From the human T2T-CHM13v2.0 reference genome, Homo sapiens, in assembly GCF_009914755.1 (NCBI RefSeq), contig NC_060943.1: 64,000 nt of DNA. One strand, 5' to 3'. This document shows, in pieces, positions 1 through 15,810 of this stretch. The position numbers were made by a program, and so were the translations under genes. The number at the start of each line of letters is the position of its first letter. Position 1 is the stretch's first letter. The notes below the pieces were generated by a model. It worked only from the letters and a program-made list of their open reading frames with translations, was not told the origin of the DNA and did no database searches.

Positions 1-510
<510 letters not shown>

Positions 511-1419
511 ATAAAACATTGCTGAGAAAAAAAATGTAAAAGATTAAAATATATGGAGATATATCCCGTGAGATGGATTAGAAAAGTTAATATTGCTAAG
601 TTTTCCATTTTGGCCAAACTCTGAAATCTGTTCTGTGGAATTATTACAGGAGATCCTGGTCCCTTGGGGCACAAGGATTTTAAGCCAGGGTGAATCTTGC
701 ACCCACCTGATGTGCCATCTCCTACGCTTGCTGAGGCAGCTGTGTGGTTGGCTGCTGGGGTCCATTTGAAGAGAAAGGCCCTGTGGGATATGCTAACAAG
801 TGGAACTCCCTGCCCTACATCGTCTGAGGAAACTGGAACCCAGCCAAAGAAGACCTTCCAGTAGGCAGTGCCTGTGATCACTGTAGGTGTGCATGGTGCT
901 CAGTACCCTACAGGCTATAAAAAATAGTAATGCACGATGCACACATGATAAGGAGGCATCACAGTACAGGTGGTTAAATTCAGGAACTCTGGAATCCGAG
1001 AGCCTGGGTCAAATCCTGACAGGGCCACTACCACCTGTGTGAGCCAAGGAAGCTTCTAAAGTTTTACAAATGCTGTTTCACCAAATTTGCAAAATGAAGA
1101 GAACCTGCCTGCCTGGTAGAGATATTGTGGAAAGCAGCATCCAGGAAGGTCTGAGCACCTGGTCCCCAAGTCAGAAACCTTCACAGCCCAGATGGGGATG
1201 CCCTAAGTTCATACCCTTCTAGGCGACCACAGAGAAGTCCCGCCTGGCTCCAGGACTCGGAAAAGCGCTAGAGAGCTTCCTGGAGGAGGCGGCATCCTCC
1301 CATGCTACCTGCATAGAGAAGAGAGAAGGGAAACTGGGTCCTCTGTGGCGGCTGCCTGAAAGGAAGCAGCTGGGGGCTCTTGCTCCCTGCCTGTGCTGGT
1401 GTCTTCTCCCCACCTTAGC

Positions 1420-2140
1420 CCAGGCCGGCTGCAGCGGCGGGGCTGCCTGGGCGGAGTCAGGAGACAGCACCGCCCGGCCCCTCCCCAGGCACCTTCCCTG
1501 TGAGCCAGCTCCCTACCCTGGGAGGATCTGGGGAGTTCCTGCCTCTGGCTTTGGGCAAGGTCTGCCTCCAGAGTCCCCAGCTGCAAGGGCCGGCGCACCC
1601 ACGCGCACTGGTTGCCAAATCTCCCGCTTTCAGGCCAGGTGCGGAGCGCGCCTCGACAGTCCTGAACATTCTCCACTTAACGGCTGAGAGCCGCTGGGAG
1701 CCTAACGCCTGCAACCGAGTGAGCTCGAGTCCGGCTGGGGTCGGACCGTTGGACCTCCCCGTTGGCCCTTTGTTGTACTTCTTCGCGCCCTGGGCTCGCG
1801 CAAGCTTTCTCTGCCACGCGTTCCAACGGCCGCTCACCGGCATCGGGCTGAACACGGTGCGCTTCACCTCGGAGTTCCCACTCCACTCCAAGGATCCAAC
1901 AGCGCACAAGCTGCTCTTCACGGGCAACTACCTCTGCAAGCTTCACCCCCGGCCCCGCCACGCCCCGCAGGGTTCCCTGTCTGGTCTGGATCACCTCGCT
2001 CTCCCTGCGCCTCTCTCCTTGGCCTAGCTAGACAAGTGCTTCTCACGATCCAGCGCGTTTACCGCTCGGTTTCGTCGCCGCTAAGGGGTGGTGGTGTCTG
2101 ATCCGTCAGGCTCTGCGCTTCTCTCTCGGATCCATCCTCA
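1420..2140. promoter_or_regulatory. CpG island over the 5' end of the retrocopy; candidate promoter
   Basis: Marked local CpG density compared with flanks. Confidence 0.6.
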
Positions 2141-3243
2141 ATGTCCAGGCAGGACTCTCACATGAAGCCGGTGCTGTCTGCTGTTCACTCTAAGATGTCC
2201 AGCCACTCAGGACAGTTACGATCTGTCATCCAGGGCCCAAACCGACTCTCCTCTATTGCTATCTGAGGTAGGCAGTCTCCTCTGTGAGGTCGGTCCCATC
2301 CATACTGCCTAGATCCCTGCGCAGGAAGACTGAGATGAGGACCCTAGGAGACAGCAGCCAGGGATAGCGAAGGTGGAGGATGAGTATAAATAGCGACCCC
2401 AGCGCGATCAGAGAAGCTCCCTTACCCCCACCCATCGCAGTGGGAGTGAGTCTTCAGATCTACCCCCAAGACAACGAAATCCTACCCGGGCCATTGAAGG
2501 GAAACCTCCACTCCAACCCCCAGAAGACGCCTTAGATGAGAAAGTGAAGAGATATTGTATGAGCTCATTCATCAAAGGCCATGCCATCACCAGCTCAGGC
2601 AGTGCTGCTAGGGGATTCCTGCCTCTCTGGAGGTCCAGTTCTCTCTGAAGACAGAGAAGATGCAGGGAGGAAGGGTTTCAAACAGGAACTCTCAACCCAC
2701 GTCTGCCAGTTGTAGACTCTGTAAACAAAGTTCCAACTCGCCCGCTGCTGCCACTGCCGCTGCTATTTTTTGAGGTCAAGGTGAGCTGCCCAAACTCTCC
2801 TAAGCTTTTTTGTATAGTCGTTGGAGAAGATGTAGGCTTGAAGAAGAAAGCAGAGCCCCAGTCTAACCACATGTTCTTAGAAGATAAAGCCAAGGCCCCT
2901 TCAGATAGCAGTGCAGTGCCCCTCAGCCTGCCCCTTCTTTCTTCCTGCTTGTTGCAGAGATGGCAGGCACCCCACCCTTGGCCATTTTCACCTTGTAGTT
3001 TGCTGATACTACCATGTTACCAGCCACTGACTTGGCTGTCCTGTCTTCCAGGCCCCCAGTCCCTTCTGCCCCTGTACCAGTCCTCACCCCATATACAGAT
3101 CATTAAATGAAATGCCCATATCCTAACTCTCCTTTTTTTTTTTTTCCTATTCTTGTTGTTTCTCCCCTTAGGTTCAATATCATTTTGGGAGTTCCCCTTT
3201 ATGGGAATAAAAGCCATTTCCATTTCAGTCCCTCATCTGCAGA

Positions 3244-3830
<587 letters not shown>

Positions 3831-4692
3831 TAGATCTCTACTTTTGACCTCACCACATCTCCTAACCCCTTGGCCTTTGCTTCAAGTCTACCTCCTGCAG
3901 AATTGAGTCATCTATCAGTTTAGTAATCTAATCAGAATCTATCTAGTCATCTAATCAGAATTGAGTCATTGTGGATTTTTCTCCCTTTTTCTTACAGACT
4001 CTTCCACCTGTATGCCCATCTTCATAGACCGGCCCATCACTGGTGCCTCAAGCATTTTCACTATCACAGCCAGTAATCTGCAGACTCAACCTCAAGCCTA
4101 CTTTGTACTTTGGTATAAACTGCATGGATACCAATCCCTTTTCACAGGTTTTCATCTCCTGGTCTCCCATAGGATCCAGGATGAGTATCCTCCCATTTGA
4201 CCAGTTCCATCCCAGTATGGAGCAGATATCCCTTGTAAAGAACACAGTCTCCACCAGCCCACCTGCTTTTATGGTCAACAGCCCTACCTGAATTTCCAAC
4301 ATTGCCTTTTGACCCAAGAAACACCTATCACCTGAAATCTAGGGTTCCAGACAGGCATCAACAGGAAACCACTCTCTTCAATGCCCTGTCTTTTCTGGCC
4401 CACCTACCACTGCTTCTGAAGTCACCTCCACTATAGTAAGCAGACCCTCTTCAGACTTGGCATCCAAGCCTGCCTTTTACTCTGATGAAATCAACATGGA
4501 TACCATGCCCATTTCCCCATCTGTTATCTTCCTGTCTCTCCCTGCAATGTTAACAGCTGTTTCCCTTTGAAGAACCTGGCAGCCCCCAGAAATCCTTCCT
4601 ACTTAACCTCTACTGCAGCCCTGGAACCCAATGACAGCACCACTCAGGCAGCTTTTGGGAATTTGACTCCCCCATGTCCACCTTTGGCATCT

Positions 4693-4955
4693 GCTATGGT
4701 TTGAATGTGTCAACCAAATTTCGTGTATTAAAAACTCAATCCCCAAATTCATATGTAAATATGTTTGAAGGTGGGGGCCTTTGGGAGGTAATGAGGATTA
4801 GATAAAGTCATCAGGGTGGACCCCTATGATGGGACTGGTAAAAGGAAGAGACACCTGAGCTGACAGGCTCTTGCTCTTGCCATGTGATGTGCTCCACCAT
4901 GTAACGACATAGCAAGAAGGTCTTCACCAGATGCCAGCACTGTGCTCTTGATTTG
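4693..4955 (+). mobile_element. MST-type MaLR LTR, 3'-truncated, inserted in the retrocopy
   Basis: TGCTATGGTTTGAATGTGTC...GGGCCTTTGGGAGGTAATGAGGATTAGAT...CACCAGATGCCAGCAC. Confidence 0.75.
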
Positions 4956-5273
4956 CTATCAGAGAGGATAGTGCCATACCTCTGGTTGGAGACAGATGAC
5001 TTCAATACAAAGCTTATGACCTCAGTCAGAGTGCCTGGGGTTCAACTGGGTGTAGCACATCTGTTGCAGGTGCAAATGTGTGTTTAAAAGTCCCTGTATT
5101 CCTGTCTCCCAATCAGAGCAGTAAGGGCTCACCTGGACAAAGAACAGGGCTATAATGGGTGGAGACCACACCATACCTGTGTTTGTATATATGTCTCTTT
5201 CTACAATGATTGAGATAGTTCTGACCGGACCATATTTGTTGTAATCAGAGGGTATAACAGCATATAATATTAG

Positions 5274-5832
<559 letters not shown>

Positions 5833-6390
5833 TGAAAGAATGAGGATCTCATCAACTAAGGAGCAAAAGCTTCCTCTAGAAGCAAAGAGAGGCCACTATC
5901 AGTCATGAATAGACCTTACACTTTGGGATGGAGGCTCAGTCCCACCTAGAGATGTCAAACAAACCAAACCTGCTCTCTGTCCTGCTAAACAAGGTGGAAG
6001 CCCACACATTGTGAGGCAGATGAGACCAGTCAGAAGTCAACACAGTGGTATCAAGCAGTTCCACTGTGAGGAGTAGAGAAAACTATTTAGGTATCATTGT
6101 CATGCATCCCTGGCTTTGACTGTCAGCCTGCCAGACCTAACCCCTGGCCCAATGTTCCTGTCTTGAAACTAGAAGGATGCTCAGTGCTACCTGCAGCTGT
6201 CTCATTTCCCATCACCCATTTGCCTTGGTGGGCCCTCACCTTTCTTTCCTAGATTATATATAAGATGGGATGACGTATCCTTTCCTCCTCCCTCTGTGCT
6301 TCTCCCCCAACCATCTGACCTCAATGTAGGCCAGATATCCTGGACATGTGTTAGATGACACTTGACAATTTTATCCTTTCAAAATGCTTA

Positions 6391-6693
<303 letters not shown>

Positions 6694-6984
6694 TTAAACA
6701 TCTGAAGTGTCTCTTTCACTTTGACCTAGGTCAATCATCCCAAACATTCATACTTCAACCAGAGAGAGTGGATTTGGTATCCAGGCTCTTGGGCCTGTAG
6801 AAAAAAAGGAACTAAAAGCTCGTACCTACTCTGTAATTACTGAAAATGTTAAGCCTAGGTGAGCATATTTTTCCATTTCATCTAGGAGAATATGTATATA
6901 CACATATATATGACAGATATGCACAAATATCCTGTTTTTAGAAGCTGTTAGCATGCTGCTTTAAAAAAAAAAATAAAGTTATTT

Positions 6985-7288
6985 GGCCGGGCTTGGTGGC
7001 TCACGCCTGCAATCCCAGCAGTTTGGGAGGCTGAGGTGGTCAGATCATGAGGTCAGGAGATTGAGACCATACTGGCCAACATGGTGAAACCCCGTCTCTA
7101 CTAAAAATACAAAAATTAGCCTGGCATGGTGACACATGCCTGTAGTCCTAGCTACTTGGGAGGCTGAGGCAGGAAAATCCCTTGAACCCAGGAGGCGGAG
7201 GTTGCAGTGAGCCGAGATCACGTCACTGCACTCCGCCTGGCGACAAAACAAGACTTGCATCTCAAAAAAAAAAAAAAAAAAAAAAAAA
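6985..7288 (+). mobile_element. Alu (AluS)
   Basis: Dimeric Alu with long A-tail. Confidence 0.92.
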
Positions 7289-7600
7289 TTCAAGGAAATG
7301 CCCAGATGAGACCTATTTGGAAAACTAACTAGTCTGGCTGTACTCTAAACCCCTAAAATATTACCCCACAAGTGCTACAATTTCATCCAGATCTGGCTGA
7401 TGGTAGAGCAGTTCTCATCTCTCTAGACTTATGTGCTGAAGTAAAATATTTGCATATGCCAGGAGAACCATCAGAAGCTAGTGAAAGTGACGCATACAAG
7501 CATTTCCTCAGCTCCTTACATATTAGTTTATAAAACAGTTATGATTCTACATGAGAGTCTTTCTCAGGCCTTACTCATATTGAGTTGAAAGACATCTCTT

Positions 7601-7920
7601 AGCCGGGCACAGTGACTCATACCTATAACCCTAGCACTTTGGGAGGCTGAGGCAGGAGGATCACTTGACGTCAGGAGCTGGAGACTAGCCTAGGAAACAT
7701 AGTAAGACCCCATCTCTACAAAATTAAAAAAATTAACTGGGCTTGGTGGCATGCACCTGTAGTCCCAGACACTCGAGAGGCTAGAGCAGGAGGATCACTT
7801 GAGACCAGGAAGTCAAGGCTGCAGTGAGCCGTGATTGCACCAATGCACTCCAATTTGGGTGACAGAGTCAAACCCCGTCTCAAATAAAAAAAAAAAAAGA
7901 AGAAGAAGAAGAAGAAGAAG
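7601..7920 (+). mobile_element. Alu (AluJ) with (GAA)n tail
   Basis: TSD AAGACATCT. Confidence 0.9.
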
Positions 7921-9258
7921 ACATCTTTCAGCCCAGCAGAATCTACAATGCAGAGTGGGAGATAAATGAATAACCAGAAATTGCCAACTGGAAAGAATGG
8001 TGATAGGGATAAGGGAGCAGGAAAGGAAGGAGGACATAAAACTAAGTCTGGGGGAGATAAAACATGAATTGTGCCTTAAAGAAGGAAGAACAGCCAACTA
8101 GGTGGAGAAGGGCTATTTCCAAGGTCAAGAAAATAGCATGTGAAGAGGCAGGGGAGAAAGAGAGCCAGTGGGACACCAGGAAGATAGTCAGGTATGCATA
8201 GAAACAGAAACCAAAGTGGAAGATGTGGCTGCGGCATTTGGCAAGGACACATTTTGACAAATATATATACAATGATGGGACATTTGTTCATTATCCTGAG
8301 CATATAGGGAGTCACCAAAAGATTGGGAACAAAAAAAAAGTGGCACAATTCTATGTACACTTGAGAAATATACTGTGGCTACCTGAGAGGGAGATTAGAT
8401 GGGTGTCACTCCAGGGGTGAGGGGCCTAAGGGACTCCTTGCCATGACTAAAGCAAAGTGAGACAATGGCTAAAGCTGTGACTAAAGCAAAGGTGAGGACC
8501 TGACAGTGGGGATGGCGAGGAGGAAACAGAAGAGAAAGTGGAGTAGGTGACAGCAAGGCCAGGGCTATTCTAGCCATCTGGCTTGGACAAATGGACATGA
8601 CTCATTTGGACAAACATATAGTGAGTTCAGTTTTTAGTTGTGAAGTCCAGGTACTACTCAGAAGGCTATTGGTTCATTTATCAATTTAACATACTTATTG
8701 AGTATCAAGGATGTACTTGGGACAATTTCAAGTAGCATCAATTGCAAAAAAGGTAAATTCCTGCCTTATTGGTGCCTCTATCTTAATGGGGGGCGGGGGG
8801 AGAACATGAACAACACACATAAAAAATATGTGCATTATTTTGTAGATTAGCTAGTTAACGAGTGCTATAGAGAATAAAGCAGTTTGTGGGAAACTAAATT
8901 TGGGAGTAGGGAGAATCATGGGTTTCTGTTTTTACACAGGATGCGCAGGATGGGCCCTGCTAGGAAGGTGAAATTTAAGCAAAATCAAGAAGCAGGCAGT
9001 TGAGGGAACCACGCAGATATCTGAGGGAAGAACAACCCAGAGAGTGGGAATAGCCACTGCAAAGGTCCACAGGAAGGCTGCCCGGGGTCCCAGGGAGTAG
9101 ATATTAAAGACAATGGAGATAGCATGGAGTCAAGCATGAGAGCAAGAGGAGAGCGCAGAGGACAGGGCACAGTCTATGAAGGCCTTGTTAGAAGTCATAA
9201 GAAAGGGGCCTTTAACTTAGAGATGGGAATGATTGGAGGATGGCCTGGCCAACTTAGG

Positions 9259-9938
9259 TTTTTTTTTTTTAATTTTAATTTTTATTCTAAGTTCCATGTA
9301 CATGTGCAGGTTTGTTACATAGGTAAACATGTGCCATAGTGGTTTGCTGCACCTGTCAACCCATCACCTAGGTATTAAGCCCAGCATGCATTACCTATTT
9401 TTCCTAATGCTCTCCCTCCCCCTACCCCACTCCCCAACAAGCCCCAGTGTGTGTTGTTCCCCTCCATGTATCCATGTGTTCTCATTGTTCAGCTCCCACT
9501 TACAAGTGAGAACATGTGGTGTTCCTGAGTTAGTTTGCTGGGGATAATGGCTTCCAGCTCCATCCATGTCCCTGAAAAGGACATGTTCTCATTCCTTTTT
9601 ATAGCTGCATAGTATTCCATGGTATATATGTACCACATTTTCTTTATCCAGTCTACCACTGATGGGCATTTGGGTTGATTCCATGTCTTTGCTAATGTGA
9701 ATAGTGCTTCAGTGAACATACACATGCGTGTATCTTTGTAACAGGATGATTTATATTCCTTTGCATATATAATTGCTGGGTCAAATGGTATTTCTGGTTC
9801 TAGATCTTTGAAGAATTGCCACACCATCTTCCACAATGGTTGAACTAGTTTACATGCCCACAAACCGTGTAAAATATTCCTGTTTCTCTGCAACCCCTCT
9901 AGCATCTGTTGACTTTTTAATAATAGCCATTCTGACAG
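9259..9938 (-). mobile_element. L1PA 3' fragment
   Basis: Poly-T followed by L1PA 3' UTR and ORF2 C-terminus (ORF 9489..9965: KWWYIYTMEYYAAIK-like). Confidence 0.9.
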
Positions 9939-10277
9939 CATTGTTCTGTAGCTGGGCAGGAGCATGGAAGCCAGGAGAACACCAAGAGGCGAAGGCTGTG
10001 GTCAGGGCAAGGGACAGTGATGGCTCAGATTTGGCAATAGTGATGGAACATTACCTCTGGCCTGTCTCTATTTCCTTTCCATCTGCTGCTCCCACTAGGT
10101 TCATGTTGCTGTGCTTAGAGTTCAACAGAGAAGCCATCCAGTCTGGGCTTTTCTTTGTGTGGGGTTTCTGAAAACTGACTCAGTCTCTTAAAGTTTATTC
10201 AGATTTTCTATTTCTTCTTGAGTCAGTTTTGGTAGCTTGTGTGTTTCCAAGACTTGTTCATTTCATCTAGGAGAAAA

Positions 10278-10281
<4 letters not shown>

Positions 10282-10325
<44 letters not shown>
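10282..10325. repeat. (CA)n microsatellite
   Basis: About 22 perfect units. Confidence 0.95.
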
Positions 10326-10327
<2 letters not shown>

Positions 10328-10736
10328 CATATATGTATATATATCCTGGGTTTTTTTATATGACCATTTTTTACATAGAAATGTGTATTCTTCCCTTTCT
10401 GTGTCAGTAACAAACAAAAGATATACTAAGAATTTGAGTACACTAAAGAGTTTCAGATATGGATGAAAGACACCAAGAATAGGAAGAATGAATCTGCTCC
10501 CTGGGTTGCACACGATAATCAGGTAGGAGCAGGAAGGTCACAACAACCTTGAAGAATAATGAATTAGCCTTGACAGAACAAGGGGTTGCATAACATTTTT
10601 AAAGTAGAAAAAACATTAAGCATTTTATTGTTAATATTTTTAAATTTTTTATTATTATTACTATTTAATAATAAAGCAATGTTTTATTATTAAAGAAAAT
10701 ATAAAATTTAGATTGATTGTTTAAATAATCTTATAA

Positions 10737-11027
<291 letters not shown>

Positions 11028-11059
11028 CAATCTTATAAGTATAAAAATATTAAAAGGTC

Positions 11060-11240
11060 TAGCTGGGCATGGTGGCACACGCCTATAGTCCCAGCTACTT
11101 GGAAGGCAGAGGTGGGAGGATCATTTGAGCCCAGGAGTTTGAGTGTGAACTGTAATCACACCACTGGACTCCAGCCTGGGCAACAAAAGTGAAACTCTAT
11201 CTCAAAAAAAATAATAATAATGATAACAATAATAATAAAA
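11060..11240 (+). mobile_element. Alu right-arm monomer
   Basis: Single Alu arm with (AAT)n tail. Confidence 0.8.
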
Positions 11241-11557
11241 TTAAAAGATTTATCAATTAATAAGTTGAGCATCATTTAAGGACATGGAAATCCTGCATGG
11301 CCTCTGTGGTACTGTTTTTCAATCCATCATTTGATTTCATTTGCATCCTGTTTTGTGAGATTTTTCCTATATGTATATCAACACTCAGTTTGGGAAAATA
11401 CATTTATCCTACATTTCAGAGAGTATATGTCAACTTGCAAACACTCCCTCTCCTTATTCATATCTACTGACCAACTTCTAAAAATAAAAATAAAACTGAA
11501 ATCACAGATAATGTAGACAGAAAAATGAAAAGACAGAAGGCCAAGACAGAAAGATGA

Positions 11558-11960
<403 letters not shown>

Positions 11961-13817
11961 TTATTTTGAGAAGAGGAAATGGATGGAGAAAAAATGGAAA
12001 TGGCATCCCTGTAGAGAACTGGCCACTCTGCAGAGGCATGCAGGGGAAGCGCCACTCCACACTGTGTTCTGGGCTACTTCAGCACCTCTTGGGGTGATTC
12101 TGAGGACCCAGATCCTGTCCTCAGGTATGGAGACATATCCCACCATGCTCTCTGGGGACCCTTTGAGTGTGTTCTTCAGAACAGGGAAAGAGAGCATTGT
12201 GAAGGTGGTGCTAACATGTTCCAGAGGGGAAAGAACAAGTGGCTGACCTTCACAGAAAGCAGCAGAACCTCCAGCCTGACTAGTTGTGTGGGGAAGAGCT
12301 GTCCAGAGCAGTCTCTAAGAAGCCTAGTGAGCATGGGTGCCTGCAAGGGTCTTCATGGAACAGAACAGGCTGACTCCAAGTTTGTATCTTTGCAGCTGAA
12401 AGGTGCTATGTGAGCTCCATTGGTTGTTCCCAAAGACTACTTCTAGGAGCACTTCAAGGACTGGCCATGTGCCCTGCCATTTTAGCAGGACTCACCACAA
12501 GGAATGTCCTTGGAGGTAAGGAGAAGAATATTTGCCGACACCCTGCCATGATCAGAAACTTCCTCTAAAATATTGAGAAATATTTTCACTTTCATAAGCA
12601 AACTACAAATAGACTACTTCTATGTATCATGTCATAGAAGCCCAGATGCTAGAAATGAGACATTTGCTTGGAGTACCCATACCTTTAGGATATGCTGGGT
12701 TAGTGGTCCTAATTCCAAAAGAGGCCACTGTTGACTGGGACACAGCAGGATCCTTTTGAACTAGCTAGCAGTCATGGCTGCTCCCCCTGGGGACTTTGGA
12801 AGAGCTGCTCCATGAACATGCCCAGGAAAGTGGCTCTGTGCAGCACCAGGGGTGGAGTGTGGTGGCCATGGAAGTGCTCCTTTGGAACTCCCTTCATGAG
12901 ACCTGTTGGGGCGCAGGCACAGCTGATGGACAGCTTCCAGGAGCTGTGCTTTAGATCCACCACAGTGTTTATTCCAGGCCTCCCTTCCCCTAGGCTCCTC
13001 CCATCTAATGACCATGTACAACAAAGGTACAAGGGCGCAGGCAACAAGAATCTGGCCTTTCCTGCCCAATGTGATAATCCTCTACAGGGTTTGTGTGGCT
13101 CCAGGACTCCCTACTGGCCTGGTCAAAAACTTATCAGAAGTGTGCTGAGATGTGACTCATTTGCTACCTAGTCCTTCCTTCTTTCACTGCTTTCACAGGT
13201 AGAGGAAAAACTCTCTCCAACCGTGTTTTTCCTCTGCACTCACACCACCACCACAATCATCAACACAGAATAAGCCTTCTGTGACCAAATGTGGGGGCTT
13301 TCCCCACACACCAGGAAGTGGACACCAGTTAGGTGTCTTCCAATTCAATTCCAACGCTACCTACCTGGAGATAGCTCCATATCCCACAGCTGGTGGGCTC
13401 AGTCCCCAAGACTGCCCCCTCCATACCCTTAGACACCAATCACAAGTCCAGTCCTCCAAAACTTCTAACCAACAGACTTCAAGTTACAGTTCCCACAGCC
13501 CCCTCTTTGGGTTTGATTAATTTGCTGGAGCAGCTCACAGAACTCAGGGAAGCACTTATTTACATTTACTATTATACTTTATTATAAAGGGCATTACAAA
13601 GGACACAGATGAAGAGATGGTATGGGGGAAGGAGCACAGAGCTACCATGCCCTCCCCATGCATACCATCCTCCAGGAACCCCCATGTGTTCAGCTATCTG
13701 AAAGCTCACCAAAGCCAATCCTCTTGGGTTCTTATTGAAGCATTCCTTCCCCCAGCGTATGAGGCAGGACCTTCTCAAGGGAGGGTCTTAAGACCCACAA
13801 TCAGAAAGGCAGGGGAA

Positions 13818-14408
13818 TGTTTGAAATGCTTGTTTCCTGGTGCCATAAAGAAATAGCACTTGAACGTAAATTTAATTTTCTCAGCAAGGCCATTTTTATG
13901 CTTTCTGCAGAAAGGGTACACTCGCCATTAGTTCTGCCATGAGAGTACACCAAACAAAGGAGACAGGGTCATTTATAACCTGATGCATCCACCCTACTGC
14001 TGTGTCCAGTTTCCATTGGCTGGAATGGGACCTCATATTCTGTATTTGTCCTGACTGGCTAGCAACTTAGAACTTTTTAAAAGAGGCAAAGGCAGATGAG
14101 AACAAAGGAAGGAGGATGTAACTTGTGGAATGCTGAGAAAGGTAAAAACACCTTCAAATAAGGAAGAGGAACAGGCTATGACCTAATGCTTGCTTGGACC
14201 AGCATAAGCATGCCAGGGCAAATATTTAGGCTAAATTGTGGGAGCTAAGAACATAAAGTACATTGATTTCTTTATTATGGTTAGCAGATATTTAAGAATG
14301 TTAGCACAGGTCTTTGAATAAATTTTGCTTCTAAGAGAAGTTACTATTTATTCCTAATTAGACAGGGAAGAAAGTCTTTGAAGAGAAACCTCTACTTTAC
14401 TTTTCACA
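13818..14408 (-). mobile_element. LTR10C-like solo LTR (ERV1)
   Basis: TG...CA termini; 591 bp; TSD GGAA; minus-strand start TGTGAAAAGTAAAGTAGAGGTTTCTCTTCAAAGAC. Confidence 0.8.
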
Positions 14409-14575
14409 GGAAGATTACAGTCATGCCCTGGGGCAGGTGAAATGAGGGCAGGAGACAGATTCTGTTTCCTGAGGCCTGCCCTTGGGGCCCAACACACCCA
14501 ACATTATAACAAAAGACTGTAACAAGAGCTACGAGAGTTAAGAGCCAGGAGCCATGGATGAAAACCAATATATAT

Positions 14576-15265
14576 AAAACTGCCTTTGCAAAAATTGTAA
14601 GAGAAAATTCTGACCAACTCCATCTTGCCTTTAACCTCCAAACTGTCCTTGGTCATTCCTGGGCATAAGTCAGACTAACTTTGGGAGACAATAGCTCTTC
14701 CCAAAAATGAAACCACCCTTGTAAAACTAATGAAAGGCTACCAGGTTAGGAAAATCAGAGGGGCCTGAATTCTACTAAAATGTAGGTGCAGTTAAACAAT
14801 TACCAGCCATTATTCCAGAGGTCCCAAGATCTCCAACTTCCCCAGCTCCTCCTATGTTAATTACTATGTTAATGGTAATTAACATCACTATTGTGGAATC
14901 TAAGACAGGCCTTTTGAGATATCTTTTCAGGCTTTTGCATTTCTGACAATCAGATGGCCCCACCCAACCTGTGACTCAAACAGTCCTGTTGCCCCCACCC
15001 AGAAGCAGACTCAGTGCATGAGGACCATTTTCGTCATCCCTATGATTGCATTCCCCAACCAGTCGGCAGCACCCATTCCCTAGTTCCCTGCCCACCAAAG
15101 TATCTTTGAAAAACCCCAGCCTCCAAATTTCAGGGAGATTGATGAGTAATAACTCCATGTCCCTCGTGGCATGGCCAGCCTCTCATCAAACTTTTTCTTT
15201 ACTGCAAAGCCATGGTCTCAGTGGATTGATTTTTTCTGTGCAGTGGGCAGGAAGAACCGATCAGG

Positions 15266-15272
<7 letters not shown>
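14576..15272 (+). mobile_element. LTR8-family solo LTR (ERV1)
   Basis: AAACTGCCTTTGCAAAAATT...ACTCCATCTTGCCTTTAACCTCCAAACTGTCCTTG; homologous to the 62736-63765 copy in this window. Confidence 0.75.

Positions 15273-15307
<35 letters not shown>
15269..15307. repeat. (TA)n microsatellite
   Basis: About 19 perfect units. Confidence 0.95.
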
Positions 15308-15312
<5 letters not shown>

Positions 15313-15339
15313 ACACAACAGGAATCCCACAGGTACTGA

Positions 15340-15810
<471 letters not shown>

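Larger units (their letters stand above)
13200..15317 (-). mobile_element. MER21-type LTR split by two younger LTR insertions
   Basis: MER21-like sequence at 13200-13817 and 14409-14575, with its terminus resuming after the (TA)n at ~15307-15317. Confidence 0.7.

Noticed and set aside
10664-10694. 12-bp AT-rich inverted repeat
   Set aside because: Plausible by chance in a very AT-rich low-complexity patch, with no supporting context.
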